Positions 54,079 through 64,000 of a DNA stretch of 64,000 bases are shown piece after piece. The notes below the pieces were generated by a model. The model saw only the letters and a list, made by a program, of their open reading frames with translations. It searched no databases and had not been told where the DNA came from. The stretch spans positions 62,001-126,000 of the forward strand of contig NIVC01000760.1 of the NCBI GenBank assembly GCA_002269645.1, in the 5' to 3' direction. Positions within the stretch are counted from its first letter, which is position 1. Each line of letters begins with the position of its first letter. The DNA comes from Macrostomum lignano (Eukaryota). Both the position numbers and the translations under genes were made by a program.

Positions 54079-57000
54079 GTGTTTTCTGTCTGTTTCTGCT
54101 TTGTCTGTTTGATATGAAATCACTTTCAAAGTCTATATCTAGCTGTATCCGTATCTTTCCTAATCTTTTTCTATTCAAAATTTTGCTATTGGAAAAGTTT
54201 ATTTCGATACATATCGTCAAAACTAATAAATAAGTAACAAAACTCACCTAAGCGTCCGTGTTTACCACGCAGCAGATAGTGCACGCAGTGACAATCTTCC
54301 TCAGTGCCAACAAACAGATGCTTGGGCGCCAGCTCGCTATGGCACTGATCGGCTGGCGGCAGGCGTTCAATAATATGCCCGCCGTTGACATTAATCAGCT
54401 TCCTAATTAGGTCATCTCGTACAGCTCCGCCGCAGCCGCCGCAGGTTGGGCCTAGACAGAAGGTATAACCGGAAAATAGCTTCCTCTGCCGGCTGGACTC
54501 TAGCACCGAGGCCAGACTGATGCCCAGCTGCCGCTCGCCATCTGTATCGGACAGTGCAAACGATTCGGGTTGCAGCCAAGCCTCTGCACTGGCCGATTCG
54601 TTCAACCAATCGGTATTAACAATTGGCACACCGCTAGATACTGCTAATAGTAGCTTAGGCGTGACAGCTAACGATGGCGTCACTAATATTTGACACTTCT
54701 CCGATTCTGTATCTTTTAACAGACGGCCGCCTAGCTTGGCGCACAGTTGGGCGCATTGAGTTCGATCTTCTTTTGTTAGACCGGAGACGGCTACTAGCAG
54801 GGGCTCGTCTGTTGGCCGCTGCCACACTGGTCGAGTGGCAGCCGCCGCGGCGGAACTGTTGGCCGGGTCGCGGTTGACGGCGCCAGCGAGTTCGAGTCTA
54901 ATAAAAACGTTTATGTGCCAATATGTATCGAAAGTACACATAAACCCCCAAAAATTGTTTCCAGAAGGAATACTAAATCATGCAAGACACGTATAATAGT
55001 TTATGTACCTATATCATACCTGCATTAATACTAAGTAGATGTAACATAGCCGATATGTATAGAAAAACAAGTTTACTAATAGTTAATAAAATTTCTAAAT
55101 CTGCTATTGCCTCACCGATATGTATCGAAAGAAACATTTACTACATAAGGATACTATTAAAAGTACGTGAAAGGAAAAAAATAGCATTAGCTATAAATCC
55201 ATCAATTTAAGACACAAAAATCCGATATGTATAGAAAAAGAGGTTGACCAATAGGTTTTTTATTCATTGTTATAATAACGACATGTATCGAAAGTACACT
55301 TTACTGTACTTACTTGATTCTCTTAACGGAACCAGTCGAATCAGCCTGCGCCTCCTCTAATTTGCGCTTCTTATCGCCACTGTTCATTAATTTACGATTC
55401 TCCACAGCAGCCTAAAGGGGTTCGAGAAGATATGAAGATTTAGATACGAAACACATGGATAGAAGACAAATAAATAAGCTAGTACTATACCTGCAGCATC
55501 TCAACAGTGACATGAACAGGTGTTGTCCAAGGTGCTAAAAAAGGTAGTTATAAAAATGACAAAACTTTGCAAATTAACATATGAAAAAATATTAACTGAC
55601 AAAGAACCACGAGATAATGACTAACCCATCAGAGCTTCAGATTCGCCTTTAGCTAGCATTAATTCGTTATTTTTATTGGCGTCCCATCGGCTGTATTTAT
55701 CGGACACTGGTTTTGCTAGGATAGCAAAACTGCCACGATATAGATCCATGACAAATTTGGCATTCACCACCTGTACACGAAAAAAGAAAAATTATGTAAT
55801 TGCGTAATTTTTCATAGACTGCCTTAAAATTTAATGACGGTATTTTTGACTGCCTACTTTTAACAAAATATACGAGTAGTATCATTAGCATTTTTGAATA
55901 AAAGAATCGATAAATTTTTTTTGAAAACAGCTTACAGCAATGCCAAGACCACGAGCCTTATGAACAACATCTGTGTCGCCTTTTTTGCAGACAAGCACAG
56001 AAACGGTGGCGCACAATACAGGTGAATAACGAGCGCCTAAGCTTTTGATCATGTAGTACAGCTTGAGGCGATCGTCCACAGCGAAGCCGTGAATAGCGAA
56101 TACCTGAATAAAGATAATTGGCAGGCGCACTAGTATTATCATTAATAGGGACACATTTCACTGCCGCAAATAAATGCTATAGGAGACCAGCAGGCACACG
56201 GGGATTACGAAAAACGGGAACATGTTCGCACAGGGTGTACTTTCTCGGTTAATGCGACCAAGCGCGAATTCGAACTCAGTCAACCTTGGGTCGAGAGTCA
56301 GACGCATGGGTCTAAGTCGAAAATTGATTGCCAGTAATTTGACTGTCAAACCTGAACCTAATCTGCATAAACATATTCCAGATTTATCCTAAACCCGGGT
56401 TCCTAAACCTGACCTGAAATCTAACCTTAACCAAAATTTCACTCATTAAAACTGATCCTATTTGGGTTTAGGGACCCTAATTCCTCACCCAAACCTAAGC
56501 CCTAATTCCTAAACCTTAATTCCTGAACCTATCGTAAGCCCTAATTTTTACCTAAACCCTAATTCCTACCTAAACCTTGTTTAATTCCTACCTAAACTCA
56601 GATTCATACCTTAACCCTAATTCCTACGAAAACCCTAATTCCTACCTAAACCTTAATTCCTACCTAAGCCCTAATTCCTACCTAAACTCTAATTCCTACG
56701 TAAACCCTAATTCCGAAATCTAATCCTAAACCCCAATTCCTAAACATATCCTAAACCTTAATTCCTTAACCCTAATTCCTACCTAACCCTAATTCCTAAA
56801 CCTTGACTAAATCGCTGACAGTAAATTGCCTTGCCCCCCTGATGCGTTACACCATCGCTAGCAGCTTTCTAAAAGTGTAAATAAAAAACAATAAGAAAAA
56901 GAAGAACCAACCTGATCCCGGCAATAGGACGGCGAGCTTTGCCTATCAACAATGCAGGGCAGATGCTGCAGCTCAGTTGGCGGCTCCATTGTGCCTTTGG

Positions 57001-60000
57001 TAATGCAGGCGGCCAACCAATTCATGCTCACTATGCGCTTCTTGTCTTGCAGAGCCTGCGCAATATAGTTATGAGATATTGTTAATAAAATAAATAATCC
57101 GGTTTGCTTTATGATCTATGATAATCGTATTTTGTTTTATTGATGAGAACAGAAAAACTGAAGAGAGAAGAGGAAAGAAGAGATGAAGATAAAAGAAGAG
57201 AGGAAATGACAGAAAAGATGAGAGTAGATAAGATGGGAGAGATGAAAGGAGAGAAGAGATGAGAGGAAATGGGAGAGTGGAGAGAGAGAAGAGGAAAGAG
57301 ACGAGAGAGAAGAGATGAGAGAAGAGAGAAGAGAGGAGAAAAGAGAGAAGAGGAAAAAGAGGAGAAAGAAGAGGAAAGAGGAGATAGGGGAGAGAGGAGA
57401 GAGGAGATAGGGGAGATTGGAAAGAGAAGAGGGGAAAAGAGGGGAAAGGAGAGAGAAGAGGGGAAAAGAGAGAGTAGAAAGAAGAGAGGAGAGGAGAGAG
57501 AAGAGAAAAGAGAGGAGAGAGAAGAGGGGAGAGGAGACAGGGGAGAGAGGAAAGAGAAGAGGGGAAAAGAGGGGATAGGAGAAGAAGGGAGAGGAGAGAG
57601 AGGGGAGAGGAGAGAGAAGAGGGGAGAAGAGAGGAGAGGATAGAGGAGAGAGAAGAGGGGAGAAGAGAGGAGATGACAGAGAAGAGAGAAGAGGGGAGAA
57701 GAGAGGAGAGGACAGAGAAGAGAGAAGAGCGGAGAGAAGAGAGACGAGAGAAGAGGGGAGAGGAGAGAAGAGGGAGATGGAAGAGCAGAGAGGAGGGGAC
57801 AGTGGAGGAAGAATAGGGGTGAGGGGAGGAGAGCTGAGAAGAGACATAAACCATGAACAGGCCGGATTGCCATTCTTCTAAAGCACCCCGAGGGCCAGAT
57901 ACTCGTAGAGAGGCTTTGCTGGTCGAAGTTTGCCCACCCTGAATTAGCACAAATACGGTTAGATATGCTGGTTTACTGGAAGATTCCTATAGCAAGCTTA
58001 CTACTAGCACAAACTTACCACAAAGTACTCATCACAGGTGAGACACTCCAGAAGCACGTGAGTAACCCTATCCGGGCTGTACCGTTGAACAGTAACACCG
58101 CCCCTAGCTTCAATTCGATCCAACCAGTGCTGCTTATATTTGGGACAATCGTTGAATGCTGGTACAAAAAATACGCAGCCTAATAGACACAGGTCCACTG
58201 GTAATTTCTCTGGACAGTTGTGACCTACGTAGGTTGGCTTTGGCGGTGGCTGCTGTTGTTGTTGCGGCTGCTGCTGCTGCTGCTGAGCATGCATTTGAGC
58301 ATGAGCAATTGACGGAGCGGCAGGTCCCCCAATCATAGTCGGAGGCTTGAGCACAGCAGATGGACCAGGAGGCTGATGAATAAGAACACCTGGTTGATGA
58401 TGCTGCTGTTGCTGCGGTTGCTGATGTTGATGATGCTGTGGCATTGGCAACTGAGGATGCTGTTGCAGCTGCTGGTGCTGTTTAGCTGCCATCATAGCCG
58501 CCTGTTGCTGCTGTCGCTGTTGTTGCTGAGCTACAGCTGCGGCCACAGCGGCAGCTGACGAACTGACAACAACTGAAGCACCGGAATGAACCGGATGCTG
58601 AGGCTGATGATGCTGCAATTGATGATGCTGCAACTGATGCTGATGTTGAATAGCTACGGACACAGGCGACTGCATGTGAGGCGACGGAGCTTGCAACTGC
58701 TGGTGCTGTTGCTGCTGCTGAATTGGATTCAAGTGAACAGTCTGCTGCTGCTGCTGCTGGTGATGATGCGGATGCTGATGAGGCATCGGCTGAGGCTGCT
58801 GCTGTTGTTGCTGATGATGCACAGCGTGAGCTTGAGCCATCATCTGTTGCTGATGATGATGCTGAGCAGATAAAGTCATATTAGGTTGAGCAGGCAATAA
58901 GCGAGACTGCAGATGCATAGCCGGTGCGTACTGAGGCGACTGAGGCGGCAACGGTTGAGCATAGGAAGTGAATTGAGCAGCAGCAACTGGCGGCTGAGCA
59001 TGAGAATAAACTAAGTGCTGTTGTTGCTGCTGCTGCTGCTGAGGTGGAGGAGGAGGAAAATTAGGATGCTGATGCATAGGATGATGATGATGCTGCTGCT
59101 CAAGCTGCTGGTGCGGCGCCGGGGCTAGAAATATACTCTGAGCAGGCGTGGCCTGCTGAGTAGCCGTAGTTAAACTAGACTGAGGCGGCTGCTGAGTAGC
59201 CAATGCTGAGTTAGCAGATGAAGAGACGGCTGTACCAGTGACATTGATGCTAACACAGCTAGGCGACTGCATGCCGCTAGGAGAGAATGCAAGGCCAGGT
59301 GTTGACGACATGGGCGAAGGCGACACTTCCGGTTGTTGTTGCTGTTGTTGTTGCTGTGGCGGCTGCAGTAGCATCGGAGTAGCTATACTACTACTAGTAG
59401 TAGTAGTAGCATTGCTAACACTCAAACCAACTGATACAATCGACGATGCTACTACAGGATTATTATTATTGCTAGGAGAAGCGGCAATAGTGCCAGCAGT
59501 AGTAGGAGCAGCAGAAACAGTTGAGGACACAGTTGAAGCAGCTGTAGTAGTAGCACCAATTTTGCCAACTCTGCTTTTGGGACTCTTGGGCGAACGAGTT
59601 TTTGCTGGCGATTTCGGCGACCGAGGCTTTTTTGGCTAAGAAAAGTTTAAAGGAATCATATTTTTAGCAACATAAAATAATACTGATCCTACTAATAATT
59701 ATATTTAAACAGATTAAAATGCGAGGCAAAGGGGACACTAAATCACTAATCAATAAATGACTTAATGATACGCATACTAATGCACTCAGTAAGAATACTA
59801 ATGGACTCAGTAAGAATACTAATGCACTCAGTAAGAATACTAATGCACTCAGTAAGAATACTAATGGACTCAGTAAGAATACTAATGCACTCAGTAAGAA
59901 TACTAATGGACTCAGTAAGAATACTAATGGACTCAGTAAGAATACTAATGGACTCAGTAAGAATACTAATGCACTCAGTAAGAATACTAATGCACTCAGT

Positions 60001-61514
60001 AAGAATACTAATGCACTCAGTAAGAATACTAATGGACTCAGTAAGAATACTAATGCACTCAGTAAGAATACTAATGGACTCAGTAAGAATACTAATGGAC
60101 TCAGTAAGAATACTAATGGACTCAGTGAGAATACTAATGGACTCAGTAAGAATACTAATGGACTCAGTAAGAACACTAATGGACTCAGTAAGAACACTAA
60201 TGGACTCAGTGAGAATACTAATGGACTCAGTAAGAACACAAATGGACTCAGTAAGAATACTAATGCACTCAGTAAGAATACTAATGCACTCAGTAAGAAC
60301 ACTAATAGACTCAGTAAAAACACTAATGGACTCAGTGAGAATACTAATGGACTCAGTAAGAACACTAATGGACTCAGTAAGAACACTAATGGACTCAGTG
60401 AGAATACTAATGGACTCAGTAAGAACACTAATAGACTCAGTAAGAATACTAATGCACTCAGTAAGAATACTAATGCACTCAGTAAGAATACTAATGCACT
60501 CAGTAAGAATACTAATGCACTCAGTAAGAACACTAATGGACTCAGTGAGAATACTAATGGACTCAGTAAGAACACTAATGCACTCAGTAAGAACACTAAT
60601 AGACTCAGTAAAAATACTAATGGACTCAGTGAGAATACTAATGGACTCAGTTAGAATGCTAATGGACTCAGTGAGAATACTAATGGACTCAGTAAGAATA
60701 CTAATAGACTCAGTAAAAATACTAATGGACTCAGTGAGAATACTAATGGACTCAGTAAGAATACTAATAGACTCAGTAAAAATACTAATGGACTCAGTGA
60801 GAATACTAATGGACTCAGTTAGAATACTAATGGACTCAGTGAGAATACTAATGGACTCAGTGAGAATACTAATGGACTCAGTGAGAATACTAATGGACTC
60901 AGTGAGAATACTAATGGACTCAGTGAGAATACTAATGGACTCAGTGAGAATACAATTGGACTCAGTGAGAATACTAATGGACTCATTATTAGCAGACAGT
61001 ACAAAATACTCTCCTCAGCAGCATACCTGCGAGGGAGACGGCCTAGAAGGCGCGGATTCTTTAGTAAAAGCCAAATATTGCTGGCTAAGTATGTTCTTTA
61101 CGTTTTGCTGCACAATAGCGTCTTTTTCTTCTTCGTTCAACGATTGCTCTTGATGATATTTATTGGTTTTTAATTTTTTCTGCTGTTGCTGCTGTTGCTG
61201 CTGCTGCTGGGTCATAGTGAGAGCGGCGGTTGCAGCTGCAGATGCTGCAGCAATAGTTTGAGCAGCAGAAGAAGCAACAGTAGTAGCCAAGCTGCCACTT
61301 CCAGCCATAGACATTGTTGACACGGAGGCCGCTCCGGCGGAACTAGTTGGCGAAATCAATTGCTGCTGCTGCTGCTGCTGCTGAGAAGGCGGTGTTAATC
61401 CAATCACTGGCGGGTTGCCTAGCAACTGTTGCTGCTGCTGATGAGGCTTGGCTAAACTACCACCGCTGATAGCTATACCAGAAGCTACCGGAAGGCGTTG
61501 TTGAAATGCTTGCG

Positions 61515-61548
<34 letters not shown>

Positions 61549-63281
61549 TTGTTGTTGAGGCATTGGAGCAGCAATACGCATTTGAAACGGCTGCTGTTGC
61601 TGTTGCGAAGTATGAGGCTGCGATTGCTGCTGCTGGGCCGACGTGGCAAATCTAGGCTGGGCACTAATGTGCGATACAGGCACAGCGCCAGGCGCTACCG
61701 GCTGCTGAGACTGCTGCACGCGCATCATATTCGGATTGTGAGTTAATATAGTCACCTGTTGCTGTTGCTGCTGAGTAGGAGCCTGTTGCATCTGTAGTTA
61801 AAGTTAAACGAGTAACTTAGAGCATGAGAAGGTTTGAGGGGCTTGTTGTAAAGTTTAAGCCGGGGGTTGGCAAACCCTTTTTACCTCAAGGAAACTTGGC
61901 TCATGAGAGTCGAAAAGAGAGGCAATAGATTAGAGATGGGAGAATGTAGGAAAGGGATATAGAGAAGAGAAGACGATAGGGGGTGAGAAGAGCGGAAAGA
62001 GGAGAGGGAAGAGAAGAGGAAAGAGAGGAGAGAGGCAAGAGGGGAGATGGGAGAGAGGGAAGAGAGGGGAGAGGGGAGAGGAGGGAAGACAAGAGGAGAG
62101 AGGGGAGATGGAAGAGAGAGGAGAGAGGAGAGAGGGAAGGAGAGAGCTGAGAAGAGACACAAACCCTGATCGGGCCCGCATTGCTATTGTGAAATTTCAA
62201 AGGACCAGAGGGCAGGACAGAGCCGAAATGTGGCCCGCGAATCCGAGTTTGCCGACCCCTGCTTTAAGCCAACAAGGGCCAACCACTAGGACTAATCATT
62301 GAGCGTGACTCAATAGTCGCCTCTTAGTCGCATTACAGTAGTTTGGAGTCGTTAAAAAGTCACAAGAGTCACCCTACAGGTCGGTGGAGTCACTAGTCAG
62401 TTGTTTGCAATGACCCTTTAGCGATTCTTATCACCGTAACGTTTTTAACTGAGGTTGTACAGCGCCCCCCTCTGACTTTCTAATTGTCAAGCATGTGTAC
62501 ACTTTCTGTGCCTTGTGGTAAGCCAGAGTCAGGTGTTTTATCAGGATGAAAAGCATACATAGAAACAAATTTTATCGACAATTAACTACAACCGAAACAT
62601 ATAACTAACCTGCTGCTGCTGCTGTATGTTAACGGACATAACTGGCACATTGTCAACGTGACTGCCAACGCGAACATCGACTGGCTGCGGCCCGCCAACC
62701 GCCGATGCGGCAGTGGGACCGAAGCTGAGCATAGCCGGTCCAGAAGCCGCTGAGCCGGCACTGCTGCCAGTCAGAGCAAAATAGGCCGACACTCTGCTTA
62801 GCCTACTAGGATGATAGTCGCTCTCCCTTTGCATAGCATTATGCTGCACAGAATCTGTAACCCAATCCGGTAGTACAACGTGTACTCTAGCTTTTAATTG
62901 AGTCAATTGATCCATTAATCTGCCGCCGCCTTGAGTAGTGACAAAATGCGTCACAGTATTATCTAATCGACATTTCATTTCGGCGCCCCGGAAGCTCAAC
63001 AAAGCGTACAGATTGAACCAGTCCTGTCGGCCAACTTTAGCTATGAAAGCTGTAACGCCGCGGAATAATTTCTTAATACTTGGATGAAACCAATCCATCT
63101 GTTGTTGATTCTGCAGCTTGCACGATAGCAGCACCCATTGCGGTGTAACGACTTTGACATTGTGCAAATCGGCCGCTTCGGCCACTTCGTCGGCGTCTGG
63201 ATCGTCGCTAATTGCTACACTACAGCTAGACGTCAATAGGCTGGTCTTACTGGCCCCATTGCGATCGAGGAGTTCCAGAGC
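52973..63281 (-). CDS. PAXIP1: PAX-interacting protein 1 (PTIP), multi-BRCT protein with long polyQ region; at least 1618 aa; first coding exon not located
   Basis: Exons 63281-62610, 61791-61027, 59635-58019, 57055-56912, 56103-55936, 55770-55626, 55534-55491, 55411-55314, 54897-54248, 53526-52973; all GT-AG, phase-consistent, no frameshift. N-terminal BRCT pair (ALELLDRNGA...VVTPQWVLLS...VVLPDWVTDSV...YHP), Q-rich middle, LCLLGCVFF BRCT, FAIHGFAVDDR BRCT and a final BRCT pair: the PTIP domain order. Confidence 0.9.
53750..54110. repeat. CTGT-rich compound repeat, last PAXIP1 intron
   Basis: Direct inspection. Confidence 0.85.
56350..56810. repeat. Degenerate ~19-bp repeat (CCTAAACCCTAATTCCTA)n, PAXIP1 intron
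   Basis: Direct inspection. Confidence 0.8.
57150..57941. mobile_element. Truncated relative of the same hAT MITE with an expanded GA-rich interior
   Basis: Shares GAGCTGAGAAGAGACA(T/C)AAACC...ATTGC and a right end GTTTGCCCACCCTG (57928-57941) with the 61861-62261 element. No left TIR or TSD found. Confidence 0.55.
59765..60985. repeat. 21-bp repeat (ACTAATGSACTCAGTAAGAAT)n, PAXIP1 intron
   Basis: About 58 copies; explains the 462-aa and 310-aa pseudo-ORFs. Confidence 0.97.
61861..62261. mobile_element. Non-autonomous hAT (Buster/Charlie-like) MITE, 401 bp, in a PAXIP1 intron
   Basis: Left TIR CGGGGGTTGGCAAAC and right TIR (reverse complement) CAGGGGTCGGCAAAC match 13/15. Flanks GTTTAAGC (61853-61860) and CTTTAAGC (62262-62269) form a 7/8 8-bp TSD with central TA, typical of Buster/Charlie hATs. 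Interior is a GA-rich tract. Confidence 0.8.
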
Positions 63282-63321
63282 CTGCGTGTTCACAGTGGAG
63301 AGCGGGGATTTGAGAATTGTA

Positions 63322-63500
63322 GAGATTTAAGCACCCATTAAGTGCCACACAAAGCCAAGATTTAAGCACCTATTTAGTGCCACACAAACCCAAGATTTAA
63401 GCATTATTTAGTGCCACACAAAGCCAAGATTTAAGCACCCATTAAGTGCCACACAAAGCCAAGATTTAAGCATTATTTAGTGCCACACACAGCCCAGATT
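63322..63500. repeat. 35-bp repeat (AGATTTAAGCACCCATTAAGTGCCACACAAAGCCA)n
   Basis: About 5 copies. Confidence 0.9.
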
Positions 63501-63743
63501 GCACAAATTTAATGCCATACATTAAAATGTAAAGAAAACAGCAAATATAGCACATTATAAATAAAAGAATTCTATTTTTTTGTACAAAAAAGAACTATAA
63601 TTTTCTTGAAAACATTTTTTAACTCATTGCATATAGTTAAACAATCTCAATAACTCAAGGAGATATTAATTATCCATGTTAATATAATATAGACAAGATA
63701 GTTTTGAAAATAGTAGGAAAATAAACGTCAAGAAAAAGATAAA

Positions 63744-63941
63744 AGATTTTCTTGGAGTTTACTCCACCAAGAGGTTTCTGCCCTGACTAAAATCTTCAGA
63801 TCCAATGGTTACCCTCTCAGTTTTGCCAGCCGCATTATTAATGCATTTGTCACCAAGAAAGTTTCCAGCAATGTGAGCTCCAGACAAATGGAGATAGATT
63901 CTTGGGATACTCTATTGGTTCTCCCATCAAAGAGTTTTAGA
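63744..63941 (+). mobile_element. Penelope-like retroelement fragment (region between RT and GIY-YIG)
   Basis: Translates to FSWSLLHQEVSALTKIFRSNGYPLSFASRIINAF...TLLVLP, matching the PLE-type W..FH.E...L..IF..NGYP..F and LVLP motifs. Short, with an in-frame stop. Confidence 0.65.
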
Positions 63942-64000
63942 GGTTGTATGATTGTGGCTTATGAATGAGGAATGAAATTTAGGATGGGATAACACATGGC

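Noticed and set aside
56350-56810. Interstitial telomere (CCCTAA); also at 29000-29445
   Set aside because: CCCTAA occurs only as part of ~19-bp units; there are no tandem hexamer runs.
58156-59639. Plus-strand poly-L/A/M ORFs; also at 37821, 38907, 47167 and 61498
   Set aside because: Antisense shadows of polyQ-rich or GC-rich exons.
59664-61153. 462-aa and 310-aa periodic ORFs
   Set aside because: 21-bp intronic repeat.

Overview
Metazoan genomic DNA: GT-AG introns, GC-rich Q/P-rich exons, and introns and intergenic DNA packed with minisatellites (roughly 40-45% of the window by hand tally). This style suggests a Macrostomum-like flatworm (inference only). Five spliced genes were rebuilt by hand with phase-consistent splice sites: the 3' end of a RABGAP1-like gene (+); an NK1/slouch homeobox gene (-); and a same-strand (-) trio of PAXIP1/PTIP, ANKZF1/Vms1 and a REC8-type kleisin. 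There is also a hAT (Buster/Charlie-type) MITE with TIRs and TSD, a truncated relative of it, and a Penelope-like fragment. Nearly all long ORFs in the supplied track are repeat artefacts or antisense shadows. Best leads: (1) the ANKZF1 zinc-finger exon needs a +1 frameshift, and the zinc-finger frame ends at ACC-UGA-C; (2) operon/trans-splicing-like spacing of ANKZF1 and REC8, and no in-frame ATG found for ANKZF1; (3) 8 of 9 REC8 introns each carry a different minisatellite, some built from splice-site or poly(A) sequence. No rRNA, tRNA or CRISPR array was recognised.
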